Source of the DNA: Octopus bimaculoides
Taxonomy: Eukaryota
DNA length: 61,519 bases
Direction: 5' to 3'
Assembly (NCBI RefSeq): GCF_001194135.2
Contig: NC_068985.1
Location: 101,288,711-101,350,229 of the forward strand
The translations under genes were made by a program, and so were the position numbers. Positions 41,605 through 55,386 of the stretch are shown here, one piece after another (positions within the stretch are counted from its first letter, which is position 1; each line of letters opens with the position of its first letter). Below the pieces are notes generated by a model. It searched no databases. It worked only from the letters and a program-made list of their open reading frames with translations, and was not told the origin of the DNA.

Positions 41605-41979
41605 GTGGCACTCCGTCAGATACGACGACGTGGGTTCCAGATGATCCGATTAACCCTACAGATAGCTAGTGAAATTAACGTAAAAGTGGTTGAGCATTCC
41701 ACAGACACGTGTGCCCTTAACGTAGTTCTCGAGGAGATTCATCGTGGCACATGTGTGTGACAAGGCTGGCTCTTTGAAATACAGGCACACCAGAAACAGG
41801 AATAAAGAGAAACTTGTTGTGAGAGAATGCAACAGCGTTCGCCCCCACCCCTGCCAGAGCCTCGTGGAGATGTAGGTGTTTTCGCCTCAAAACACTCACA
41901 AGGCCGGGTCTGGGAATCGAAAGCGAGATCCTACGACCGCGAGTCCACTGCCATAACCACAGGGCCATTGCGCCTCCAC
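41605..41979 (-). mobile_element. tRNA-derived SINE (about 375 bp) nested in the PLE
   Basis: Minus strand starts GTGGAGGCGCAATGGCCCTGTGGTT (A box)...TTTCGATTCCCAGACCCGG (B box). Imperfect flanking duplication AATAATACGA / AACAATACGA. Confidence 0.9.
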
Positions 41980-43550
41980 AAACAATACGACTATATTACT
42001 AAATTCAATAGAAATCCAGTGAATGCTACGGTATTCTTAAGATGCACAAAATTGAGAAAATTAAGTAACGCATGCAGGGATGCCTCAGACATAGCAATCA
42101 AGTTACTCCTTATGATCTAAAATTAAAACCTATAATAGCAGGTCCCACATGCGAAACTCACCACCTCAGTAACCTTTTTGACACCCTCTTAAAGCCATTC
42201 CTCAGCTAAATGGAAACATATGTCTACTATAAGCCCACAGACTCCAAGCAATATCTGCTATTCAACACTTGCCACCCCCAGACACACGTGGCAAAAAGGT
42301 TTTGTACTATAGTAGCTGATAGAAGCACCTGAGACACACGACTACATGAACTAAAGGATATACTTATCAGCAGGAACTACCCACCATCACTAGTCTGTAT
42401 AGGCTTTGAACTTGCCCTACAACTCAACATCCACGAACTCAGACACCCCAAACTAAATAAGGATTTTCTACCAAGAGCCCTACCATAAATATACACTCAC
42501 AATCCACTCAACTATGAAGCCTTCGACACCATCCTCCAGAACGGCATTTTACTAAAAAGGGAACAAATCCGCCAAACACACAGCATCATGAAGAGCAAAG
42601 GACCGCCTCAATCAATGAAAAGTTTTGTACAATACCGAAACCCACAGTTAAAAAATGTGGAAGACCTAACTGTGGTATATCAGAACTCTCTCTCAAACAA
42701 GGTCAAAGTTTTACAGTGAAAAACAACTTCACATATACTTCTGAAAACCTAATATATGCATTAACTAGATCAGGATGTCAAGAAGAATGCATTAGTCAGA
42801 CTAAAAACAGTTTACTCCAATGGATGACGAGACACAGATCCCAAATTAAAATACGTGAATACGGAAACATAAGATTAAGCGATCATATAGTTGGGCCAGT
42901 AACGAACAACCCGACTTCAGAATGTTTCCCCTCTATATATTCATAGACAATGCAACTTATAGTCAGCGCATCAGCAAAGATGCATACTTTATCACAAAAT
43001 ATAAACGTGTTTTGAATTCTGCCACCACAGATTCAAGTATAAAAAGAATTTAGAACATTCCCACCACTACTCTTTCAACACCAATAGGTTACTTTTAGGT
43101 CATCTGGCTTTTAAAGAGGATCCCACAAACAATTTACATTGGCAGAGCACTCTTGTATTTTTCTTTCTCTTCTTTCTCCTCCTCCCTCTTCTTTCCATAC
43201 TCCTACTTCTCTTCCTTCTTCATCTCCTCCTTCAACACCTCCACCTCTTCTTTTTCTTGTTCTTCTTCTTCTTCTTCTTCTTCTTCTTCTTCTCCTTCTC
43301 CTTCTTCTTCTTCTTCTCCTTCTTTTTCTCCCACTTCTCGGCTGCTCCTGCGTTTACCATCAATTTTTGTACCCAAACATTTCCTTCAAATTTACTACGA
43401 ATAACGTATCTACGTACCAGACATTCACAAGTAATAGAGAGACAGACAGACAGACGGACTGAAAACTATGGAAATATTTACCTATTCAAAGACTATGAAA
43501 ATGTCTACAAAATATTTCACTTATATTATTCTCCAATTTAATTGTTTACC

Positions 43551-43589
43551 TTAGCTGAGAATGTCGAAAACGAAAGAAACCGGTACTAA
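43551..43589 (+). ncRNA. Degenerate minimal hammerhead at PLE 3' end
   Basis: TTAG-CTGAGA-ATG-TCG-AAAA-CGA-AA-GAAA-CCGG-TA-CTAA: stem I TTAG/CTAA, palindromic ACCGGT stem III and GUA triplet. The CUGANGA box lacks one nucleotide. Confidence 0.45.
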
Positions 43590-43699
43590 AATGTATTTTA
43601 TGCTAAAATAATTTTAGCATTTCCTACTTTGTCTTATTTTCTTCATACATATCAACTCGTATGTAACTTTTCTTCCTTCTCTTTCTTTCTCTCTTTTTC

Positions 43700-43755
<56 letters not shown>

Positions 43756-45208
43756 TATATATATATATATATATATATATTCCCCCACTTCCCACAAACA
43801 TCTCAAAGGTAGCTGTCCTGCAATAAAAATGAAGTAGTAAACGAAAAATTAAATAAATATACTTGACATACACGTCAATTCTTTGAAAAAAAACCCCTCA
43901 AATTATAGTAAAATATCAAAACATATATGATTTGGATATATACTCTTTAAGGAAAAGTAACAACAATGATAATTTCAATACAATGTAAAATGAATGTATA
44001 TGAAGTATACTATACAAGATATCAGAAGCTTGACGAGATTATCAATGATAACTACTGAACCATAGGATATATCCTACACTAGACAATCCCATAAAGGATC
44101 TAAAATACACGCACTGTGTGTATAATGTTAGCGCTCGTCGCGGTGTTTATAGAGGAAGTGTAAGTTACTAATTGTCCTCATTTTCAGATCAGTAGTTTCG
44201 AACAATATGAGTTAAAATATATATATATATTTATTGACAGAACAATAAACTCGGTTCAAAAACCGAAGCTACTACATAACGACTGTGCGTCTAGTAACAT
44301 AGTTTCCCAGACAACACTACACAACACTTCGTCTGCACAATAGGTGCTTGATAAATGAAAAAACAACCAGAGAATATAAACAGATTAATCACCACTATAT
44401 TTAATATACAAAATGCTCCGTAAAAATTCAGACGAAGAAACATAATAAAATAGCTGAGAACATTTGATACATACTATATCAGCGTCTGCGGCAGCCCGTG
44501 TGTTTTAAGGTTTGAAGACATAGATATGACATACCACGCGTGACAAATGCACTTCAGAGTCGAAAACAAAACAGTCAGTGGTATTTATAATCTGTAAATT
44601 TTACAAGAATCGTGAAATTTTTTTTTAGAAGAATCAGAAAATATTTTACAAGAATCAGGAAAAACAATTGAAATTCAAACTGTGCTTGCAATAGGTATGG
44701 GAGGATTTTCAAAAGTACGGAAATATATAAATTAGCCTAGAAATATGTTTGTGAAACACATGGAACAAGTGCCGGATACGGCATTCACGAAAGCTTACTT
44801 AAGACTATTTTATTNNNNNNNNNNNNNNNNNNNNNNNNNNNNNNNNNNNNNNNNNNNNNNNNNNNNNNNNNNNNNNNNNNNNNNNNNNNNNNNNNNNNNN
44901 NNNNNNNNNNNNNNNNNNNNNNNNNNNNNNNNNNNNNNNNNNNNNNNNNNNNNNNNNNNNNNNNNNNNNNNNNNNNNNNNNNNNNNNNNNNNNNNNNNNN
45001 NNNNNNNNNNNNNNNNNNNNNNNNNNNNNNNNNNNNNNNNNNNNNNNNNNNNNNNNNNNNNNNNNNNNNNNNNNNNNNNNNNNNNNNNNNNNNNNNNNNN
45101 NNNNNNNNNNNNNNNNNNNNNNNNNNNNNNNNNNNNNNNNNNNNNNNNNNNNNNNNNNNNNNNNNNNNNNNNNNNNNNNNNNGTGTTCATATATTAATAT
45201 GCATAAAT

Positions 45209-45298
<90 letters not shown>

Positions 45299-46464
45299 AA
45301 TATATTATTTAAGTATGCGCCTCATTCTCTTAAAATATATTTGTTATCGTTTGCCCCTGCCTGTGCGTGTATGTCTGTGTGTGTGTGTGTGTGTATGCTT
45401 GTGTGCATGCCTGTGTGTAAACGGATGTTCTCTTACACATGACTCCCTCCCTGCATAGAATGTCCTACTGTTGAGTAGACATGTAATAATTCAGCCAGTA
45501 TTTATTTATTAGGATAAGCCAATAAATCTCCTTTCAATTACTCTAACAAAACTAACAGACTTATAAAAAGGTGAAGAAATAAATCCAATTAAATATATAT
45601 TATGATTATACGAAACTCTAAACGTCAAATTGTTGCCACTAGTTTATTCATTGATACGTTCAACAAGGCCTTTATCTATGCTTTCATTACAGCGTCGGTT
45701 AATCTTTTCAACAACAGTTTTGTTTCTGTCAATGATGCTACCAACATCAGTAACATCTTGGTTTGTTTGTATAATTATATATTAATAGGGATGTTTGTGT
45801 TCATTTCGTATATGTTATTGTGTTTATTAAGTTCGCTTTAGTAGTGACCTTCTCGAAGTGACCGTGTGTTCATTAGTACCAGTTGCATTGTTTTTGCGTT
45901 TTTGAAAGCTGTCAGGAATGTTATTGCTTTTGAAATCTTATATTGTCAGTGATATATCAGAGAGAAAAAAAACAACACTTATACATAATTCTCTAATTAA
46001 CAACAAATAGCTAAGCATAAGAAGATTTAAAAAAGGAATAGCAGAATGTAAAAGGAACTTTATAATCTGATATAATTGCGTGTATATATACATATATATA
46101 TATATGTGTATATATATATATATATATNNNNNNNNNNNNNNNNNNNNNNNNNNNNNNNNNNNNNNNNNNNNNNNNNNNNNNNNNNNNNNNNNNNNNNNNN
46201 NNNNNNNNNNNNNNNNNNNNNNNNNNNNNNNNNNNNNNNNNNNNNNNNNNNNNNNNNNNNNNNNNNNNNNNNNNNNNNNNNNNNNNNNNNNNNNNNNNNN
46301 NNNNNNNNNNNNNNNNNNNNNNNNNNNNNNNNNNNNNNNNNNNNNNNNNNNNNNNNNNNNNNNNNNNNNNNNNNNNNNNNNNNNNNNNNNNNNNNNNNNN
46401 NNNNNNNNNNNNNNNNNNNNNNNNNNNNNNNNNNNNNNNNNNNNNNNNNTATATATATAGGGCG

Positions 46465-46790
46465 GGGCAATGCCGAGTCTGATGTCTCGGAGGTTCTACG
46501 TGAACTGGCCAGCCAATCGGCGTCCCTTTTGACTTATGTAGAGGGAAAGACAGACAGAGGAGATGCAGTAAATAACGTTACTAGAAGGAGTCGGTGATGC
46601 GAGATGGACGATGATGGGTGCCTGTGAGGATGGTGGTGTTGGAAATGTAGGGAGCGGCGCGACAGCGTGGGCGAGCGCAGGGGATGAGCCAGAGTAGAAG
46701 GTGGTGTTAGGGAAGATGTTCGAGGTGGAGGGCACGGACTGGAGTCAATGGAAGGCTCATGGAATGGTGTGTTGGAGGGGCAGTGTGTGT
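46465..46790 (-). mobile_element. Penelope-like GIY-YIG endonuclease fragment
   Basis: SSNVIYCISSVCLSLYISQKGRRLAGQFT*NLRDIR matches the SSNVIYCIxCxxCxxLYIGxTxRRLxxRFxEHLRxIR pattern. GC-rich island. Confidence 0.72.
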
Positions 46791-47061
46791 CAGTTATGAA
46801 TATACATATATATACACACACGCACACGAACTCACACACACACATACGCATACATGCACAAACATATATATATATATATTTACTTATATATCTTTATTGA
46901 TGCTTCACTCTTTTTAAAATTGTCACATTGTATACTTACCTGATCCGAATGTATGCTTATATATTTGAGTATCGAAAAAAATGTAGGTTTTTGTTGTGAT
47001 GAGAGTACGACACACTTTGACGAGAATATACGTGAACACTACATATAACTAGTAGCAGTGA

Positions 47062-47769
47062 TGGGATCTATTTTAAAACGGGGGCACCAGTATTTTCTTA
47101 ACGAAACACTAACGAAACACTTTGAAACTTGGGACACTGGTAGAATGTGTCATATAAAACATCTTTTACGCTTAGTCTTCTTAACAAAAAAACCTACATC
47201 GCAAGTTATTTCATGTTAAAGTTGTCGTATTTCTGTAATTTCAACCAATCACTGACGTCTNNNNNNNNNNNNNNNNNNNNNNNNNNNNNNNNNNNNNNNN
47301 NNNNNNNNNNNNNNNNNNNNNNNNNNNNNNNNNNNNNNNNNTTCAGCTTAATAGAGTTACTGCTGGGCGGTTATAAAACTGTTATTCCCTGTGACATATT
47401 TCATCCGGTTTAATCGTAATTTATACGCATATATTGTTTATATAATAAATTACGCTGTGCGTATCTATGTGTGTAACAATTTTAGAGTTCGGATTCTAGA
47501 GTTAGGGTTAGTTTTAGGGTTAGGGTTAGGGGATTAATACGATATACACCGTTACAGCGCTAACTGTTTTCAACTGAATAGACGTCAGGGATTAGTAGTA
47601 ATTATCGAAATAAGACAATTTTTACATGAAATAAATTCGAATACAAAAATATGTTTCTGTTCTATAACACAAAATAGATAAGTATACGAAGTTTGAAAGT
47701 CTTTCCGTACCAAAAACACTACATAAAACATAAATGAAAACTGGCGCCCCCGTTTTAAAATAGATCCCA
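47062..47769. mobile_element. Non-autonomous DNA transposon (MITE) with 29-bp TIRs and GTGA target duplication
   Basis: TGGGATCTATTTTAAAACGGGGGCACCAG (47062-47090) versus CTGGCGCCCCCGTTTTAAAATAGATCCCA (47741-47769), one mismatch. GTGA at 47058-47061 and 47770-47773. Internal TTAGGG run at about 47507-47530. Confidence 0.85.
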
Positions 47770-50700
47770 GTGATGTAGTCGTCAATTTGCAAGTTGGTCT
47801 TCGAAGCCCAGGTATAGTTTACAGTTCGAATTAGCGTGTCGCAAATATTGATATTTGGTTCGTAAAACAGTGTTGGTTAGTTACGTGTTTGTTACTGACT
47901 CTGTTTTTACTTTGTATTTTTATAACACTCTTATAGTGTATTATTTATTTATTGTCGACAATATCAACTGAACTGCGATATAGGAGGCGTAAAGATGTAG
48001 CAAATTTATTTGTATATTTTTTGATACCTGTAAACATATGTAGCTGGATGAAACATTTCAACATGACCAATGATATAAATGAAACCGTTTATGTAAACGG
48101 ACTGATGTAATAATGTTTATCAAAGAAACGTGTTATTCCTTTCAAGTATCCGTTACTGGGGGAAAGGAACATCTCAAATATAGTGGCGTATGTTAGCCTC
48201 ACACATAACAAGGATGTATTTTCAAGAAATTTCCTTTACGTTTCACTCTTGCACTGGTTAGCTTCGAAAAAATGCGAAAGGTTAGAGTTGTGAAGGTTTA
48301 GATTCCATAACCTTAGAAGAGAATTAACTTCGATGCAGTTAAGAACATGTTTTTACAATCGCATATGTTATATATATTTTCAGGAAGTTAATTTGCTTAA
48401 ATAGATGTAAACACATCTTGCTTGAGGAACTTACAGATATTAATGACATTCTTTTGGATAATTAGGGAGCATCTGGTACTTGGTTAGCCAAGCATGATAG
48501 ACATATATATGTCTTTAAAGGTGTATATGTATAGCTGTGAGTGATTACTTTACTCTTCAATATATATAAAACAGATATATATTTACGTAAGTAACCGACA
48601 AGCAAGCAAAGAAAATAACGCGAAGTTCATGCTAGAAAACGTGAAGAAGGAAACAGCGTCATGCAGATCTACACGAGAGTTCATTTTCATGTGAGAGTTC
48701 AGACAATGTTTATGGTATTAGGATATCATACATTGAAGTTGGATGGCCAGTAAATGGTCATGTATACTGCCTCTGTTACCTTTCTTAATTCTAAAAGTCT
48801 TACACAATTTAGAGGCTTATCACATATAATTCGACGTAATTAATTCGTATTTTATGGGGATATATTCTTAGATGTATTTCCATTTCCTTTTCATATCTTC
48901 AGAGTAAATTTTGAATTAATAATAGAGCTTAATCTGTGACACGTTTTGCTTAGAATCAATGAAGGTTATATGTTCAATAGATTTTATTATCTCTATGCCG
49001 TAAACAAAAACTATGTTTGGTGTTTCATATTACACATAAATTATGATTTCTTCTCTTGTTAAAATGTTCAGAATTTCCATAAATGCATATATTATTCATC
49101 GAAAGTAAAATGCGTTTTCTTTTTTTAGAGGAAACGACATTGGAGTCAGCAAGCTTTCCATTGTATACGTAATAGAAAATTTNNNNNNNNNNNNNNNNNN
49201 NNNNNNNNNNNNNNNNNNNNNNNNNNNNNNNNNNNNNNNNNNNNNNNNNNNNNNNNNNNNNNNNNNNNNNNNNNNNNNNNNNTGTGTGTGTGTGTCATAG
49301 CTCTTTCAGCTAAGTAGCTGCGATCTTTTTTGCAGACGTATGAAATTTCACCAATACTAATACTGAAATACTTCTGCGCGTGATGACTACAATACATATG
49401 ACATCGTTCACACATCTAGTAGAAATTAGAATGACCAGAACAATCTCTTCGTATACTCAGCTAGTCTTTCCATCGATGATGTTGTCCAAAATTACCACGG
49501 ACTGCATCAGAGGCGGCGAGAATCCTGTCCGAAGAACTCTACCCAATGTCGAAGCGCAATGGAGCTAAGACAGCAGATGAAGAAAGAAGTTCTCATTCAA
49601 AGTTAAATGTTAAAACTTAATTGTGATATTGTATATTAACAAGTATTTGTGTTCTTCTCTGAAAATATGTATATATATATATATATATNNNNNNNNNNNN
49701 NNNNNNNNNNNNNNNNNNNNNNNNNNNNNNNNNNNNNNNNNNNNNNNNNNNNNNNNNNNNNNNNNNNNNNNNNNNNNNNNNNNNNNNNNNNNNNNNNNNN
49801 NNNNNNNNNNNNNNNNNNNNNNNNNNNNNNNNNNNNNNNNNNNNNNNNNNNNNNNNNNNNNNNNNNNNNNNNNNNNNNNNNNNNNNNNNNNNNNNNNNNN
49901 NNNNNNNNNNNNNNNNNNNNNNNNNNNNNNNNNNNNNNNNNNNNNNNNNNNNNNNNNNNNNNNNNNNNNNNNNNNNNNNNNNNNNNNNNNNNNNNNNNNN
50001 NNNNNNNNNNNNNNNNNNNNNNNNNNNNNNNNNNNNNNNNNNNNNNNNNNNNNNNNNNNNNNNNNNNNNNNNNNNNNNNNNNNNNNNNNNNNNNNNNNNN
50101 NNNNNNNNNNNNNNNNNNNNNNNNNNNNNNNNNNNNNNNNNNNNNNNNNNNNNNNNNNNNNNNNNNNNNNNNNNNNNNNNNNNNNNNNNNNNNNNNNNNN
50201 NNNNNNNNNNNNNNNNNNNNNNNNNNNNNNNNNNNNNNNNNNNNNNNNNNNNNNNNNNNNNNNNNNNNNNNNNNNNNNNNNNNNNNNNNNNNNNNNNNNN
50301 NNNNNNNNNNNNNNNNNNNNNNNNNNNNNNNNNNNNNNNNNNNNNNNNNNNNNNNNNNNNNNNNNNNNNNNNNNNNNNNNNNNNNNNNNNNNNNNNNNNN
50401 NNNNNNNNNNNNNNNNNNNNNNNNNNNNNNNNNNNNNNNNNNNNNNNNNNNNNNNNNNNNNNNNNNNNNNNNNATATATATATATATATATACGTGTGTA
50501 TATTTAAGTATATAATTAGAAAATACAATTATCATTAAGTGCTCAGGAATGCGAGCGCTTATACACTATAACTAGTTGTCAAATACCTACAGTCCACACT
50601 AAAATACGTCTCTATTTATAACCCTAGGTCCACTCTAATTTCGCCTGCTTTTCACAGCTTTTTCGTATCAAAGCAAATCGAGGATGTTTATTTCAACATC

Positions 50701-51135
50701 TATTTTCAACATCTGCAGGAGTAGTTATTGTTGTCTTCCTCTTTCTCTGTGTTTACATATGCATATTTGCCTCTTTGGCAATACGCATATTGAACGTTTC
50801 TAAGAAAGTTATACTTTCTTAGCCTCTAACTTTCTGAAAAAATATATACACACACATATATACATGCTTACATGCATACATACATTCATACATACATATA
50901 TTGTCCCGCACACAAGAATACTGCTGCTTCACCATAGTTACTGGTATTAATGATGCTACTTCCAGTGTCATTAGTAGCGTCCAGGCACTACCGTCTCTTT
51001 AACTTTTAGACAAACACTCGAAATATTGGGTTTTAGTACTACATTTCATGTATCGTACCTATTACTATATACTATATGCTTGGGCATATATATGTGTGTG
51101 TGAAAGAGAGAGAGAGAGAGAGAGTGAGTATGTGT

Positions 51136-51227
<92 letters not shown>

Positions 51228-53858
51228 CTGTGTCTGTATGGATGTGTGTGTATGTGTACGCATTTCTCTATACGTATTATCCTATATTCGGATATAGCAA
51301 ATTATTTTACAACAGTGGATCTTTATACATGAGGAAATTTTCCTGATAATTTACTTTTGAAATGGGCTTCCATTAACTTTTTAAGGGTTTCTTTACACAA
51401 TCATCCCTATAAATATATACCTTCGAGTGTCTGTCTCTTTTGTGTGTGTGTGTATCTGTGTAGGTTAGATCACATATACTTTCTCACCCCCCTCTCTCTC
51501 TCTCACACACACATATACATACGTTTAAATAAATGTAGATGGAGATGAGTAGTTCTTGGCAACAAAGAGACAGACTTATTAATTTTGCGTTCAGCATGAT
51601 TGCAATTAGTAAACAAGTTATAATAATATGGCATAATAATAAGTTTCATTAATTCCATTATACAGCCGTCGCTATTTTGTTGCTTTTATTCTCTCTACTA
51701 CATTTTTTTTTTTCATTATATTGTTTTTATTGCAATTATATTTCCAATTTGGTAACTATGGACATAAAAACACTATATCTGCATAATTATAAAAGTCGCG
51801 AACTACTAGGAATTGGTGCCATATATGACAATGTTACAATCAATCGTATTTGATTTATCTGTGTCTATGCTTAATTTTAGTGACTGATGTTTGCATCTGG
51901 GCAGTTAGAAATTCAGCGAATAATATACACAAATGGTATAAATATTCGTATTGAAGCCGACATCCAAATATGAATGGAGAAACGACTGTCTCTATCAGAC
52001 AATTTGCTAGTTACAAAAATATCTAGTGCACCTGAAATCTTATCACGATATTACTTCTCGATGGACAGCATAAACATCTATTTAAATGTATCGTAAGCAT
52101 TAAATAATTATCTAGCGTTAGTAAAGGTCTTTCTGATCTTCATATACTGTATAAATTTACGAAAGGATTATCTTGAAATTTTGATTGAATTTTATGAGTC
52201 GACCAGCTGAGATATTTATAATGAAATAGAATGGAACGATGAGTTTAGAAATATAAACCACTCCTTTTAAAGTAATAATGAACGTGCAACATCTATCAGT
52301 GGCCAGAATGCAAACGACATCAACGACTGTAAACATTTACATATATTACACTGTGATCATTACTCTTTTATGGCCTTGACTTCGAAAGAATTTATCGTCC
52401 AAACGCTATGTATAACTGCAGGCTCGTGTAACATTATACACCAAGAAGCGAGATATACATAATAAAGTATGCATTTAATGCAAACCTACGGAAACTGGTA
52501 GGGTTTTATGAGTGAACATTTATAATAATTGCAAATGTATTCGTTTCGTCGATGTGCATTTATTTGTATTTACACCGTATGCCGAAAAGCCCACGTGTGT
52601 ATAAAGAAATTTATTGAAGTATTTATTGCTGTACACGCAGCATTTAGAAGTGTTTAAACTACACGCTGACAAACAATAGTATCTATTAAATTAACTTCAT
52701 AACTGAGACTTCGTATCGGTGTTGAAATATGTAATTAAAGTTTTAAATATTTGTTTACGACACCTATGTTGAAAATCAATAGAGAATGATATGCCGTAAT
52801 TAAATAACGGGGATCTAAAACTGAAGGGATATAGACTGAGTCACCGACATTCGATATTCGTCAAAACTCCACAGCAATTTCTTTAAATTCTCATGGCAGG
52901 GAAATGATATAGTCAGTATTACCACATTAGAATATTAAATAAGATCAGCCTGTGCCAGACAATGTTTACAAGCTATACTACTGTCTTGTCGCAAATTACT
53001 ACCTCACGCAACTTTCATAAAAATGATATACCCTTAGGAAAGTAAAACTCACTTCATCTGTATTCGATATCTTCTTCACTTGAAACGCAATAGATATCTG
53101 CAGATACTGACGAGGTAGGTAGTCGTTTCTATTTATTTTCTGGTATTTATATGTAGAAACCCGATACCACACTTGTGCAAACGTAGACACAATGGAAACT
53201 ATATATAACTAGCTATACCGTCTTAAACTAATATCACTATCCTTTACAAACAACTTGCACTTTCGATATCAAGAAGAAAATTTATATAAAAGGCAACAAG
53301 TAACATAGAAGTCTTCTGTTGTGACACATGTCTATAGATTTACGCGGGATCGCACGCGAAAAATAAATTGGTACCAAGTTATGAACATAATATAACAGCA
53401 AGGTGAACGAATGAGCAATTCAGAAGAAAAAGCAGAATATAGCGAGAAAATATGGGAAATGAGAAATTAACCACATACTAAATTTAAATCCAAGAACAAT
53501 ATATAATAAAACCTAAATGTCTCCATTTCATGGTATTTGTTTAATTACAAAATAACTAGTATTTCATATTCTCCTACAAAAAGTAACTAAAAGTATATCA
53601 ATCTATCTGCTTGTGGTAGAAAAGGTATTATCAGGTTGTTTATCGTTTTTGTTTTTCGGTTTATATGTGAAGATTTCTCAAGACGAATGCTGCAGTTTCA
53701 TGACGTTCTACACCATATCCGTGTTTAGAAAGATACAATGTTATTCCTATGCAAAACAACATCCGTCACTCATAAGAAACAGGTGCGTTGTGTGTGTTTC
53801 TGTATATACATATATAACTCTGTGTGTATACACACACACACACACACACCCATAACCC

Positions 53859-53908
<50 letters not shown>

Positions 53909-55339
53909 ACAAAGAAGCAACAATTTACGAGTGAATATTTATATAGATATTATTGTTATTATTATCCAGAGTNNNNNNNNNNNNNNNNNNNNNNNNNNNN
54001 NNNNNNNNNNNNNNNNNNNNNNNNNNNNNNNNNNNNNNNNNNNNNNNNNNNNNNNNNNNNNNNNNNNNNNNNNNNNNNNNNNNNNNNNNNNNNNNNNNNN
54101 NNNNNNNNNNNNNNNNNNNNNNNNNNNNNNNNNNNNNNNNNNNNNNNNNNNNNNNNNNNNNNNNNNNNNNNNNNNNNNNNNNNNNNNNNNNNNNNNNNNN
54201 NNNNNNNNNNNNNNNNNNNNNNNNNNNNNNNNNNNNNNNNNNNNNNNNNNNNNNNNNNNNNNNNNATATATATATATATATACATATTTGTATATATAGT
54301 ATATTCAATGACGTATAATATAGGTAGTTATACGTTGAATCTCGGTAGTTCAATCTATGTTCATCTAAGCGATGTATATAAACACTTACAGGTCACAGTG
54401 ACATATATGCCGGACACCAGTTTGCTTTCATGTATATTTGACTTAAACAAAGTGGAAGAATTGACCTCAAATATACTACACAAAGATAATATTAACTATT
54501 AGCACATGTTATATCAATGACAAAACTTGATGCATCAGTGGATATTTGTCGATTCAACTGCTCTCGAATAAAGAAAAATAATTACTCGTCTAGCCTCATG
54601 GTAAATAACAGATGTTTACACATGAATCTTTCGCATAGAAAACACTGACATTTCAATATCGTTTGCTATCAGTCCTATATATTTCGACGTAATAAGTTAT
54701 TTCTCTCTGGATATAACGGTGTAATTACGATCTCTATATAAATTATGTTGTTGGAAATTAAAACAACATGAACCGGATTAGGCTCAATCCTATTTTCAAA
54801 TTTAATTGTGATCAGGGGTATGTGCTCTTTATTCCAAACAAACACAAATTACGAATTCGTTATTAAAGAAGGGTGAATAAAACATGCATATTATTTTGAG
54901 AATATACTATATATATTTTTTTTTTCTTAGGTAAATCACTCTATAATTTAATAAACAGTATGACGAACAGAAAGTCTTCTATTTCACAGAAGCATGATTA
55001 CGCTTCCAATTCATTCTTCGCCATCAACTCACACCGTAATAAATTAATCATAATAACTCGCTCAAATGCGTGGTATACGTAAAGATCGTGCTAATTGAGT
55101 TTCTTAAGGCAACACTGGATTAACAGTAATGTTCAAGTGGATGGGAAAATGGTATAGGTGGTCAGCAAAGTATCTCAACATATTGCTGAAAGGAGTGCAA
55201 CTCTTCTCGACCTTTCTCTCCACAAAGTTACCATATCTAAATGCATAATGTACTCAAGCGTCAAAACATACATCATATGTATGTACGTATGTATGCATGC
55301 ATGTATGTATGTATATATGTACGTATGTATGTATGCATG

Positions 55340-55386
<47 letters not shown>

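Larger units (their letters stand above)
41500..43590 (+). mobile_element. Penelope-like element remnant (tentatively Neptune-like): RT core deleted, GIY-YIG retained, HHR-like tail
   Basis: KLKPIIAGPTCETHHLSNLFDTLLKPFL (42119-42203) is joined directly to TYVYYKPTDSKQYLLFNTCHP...RLHELKDILISRNYPPSL. Then KCGRPNCG (linker) and NFTYTSENLIYALTRSGCQEECISQTKNSLLQWMTRHRSQI (GIY-YIG, 42720-42850). A (TTC)n array lies in the 3' region. The 5' limit is uncertain. Confidence 0.85.

Noticed and set aside
45600-45950. Hydrophobic plus-strand ORF (GPCR-like) and hydrophilic minus-strand ORF
   Set aside because: In-frame stops on both strands and no diagnostic motif; T/A skew mimics transmembrane segments.
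50620-50830. Textbook branch point and acceptor (CTAAT...TTTTCACAG at 50657)
   Set aside because: No donor or homologous peptide identified.
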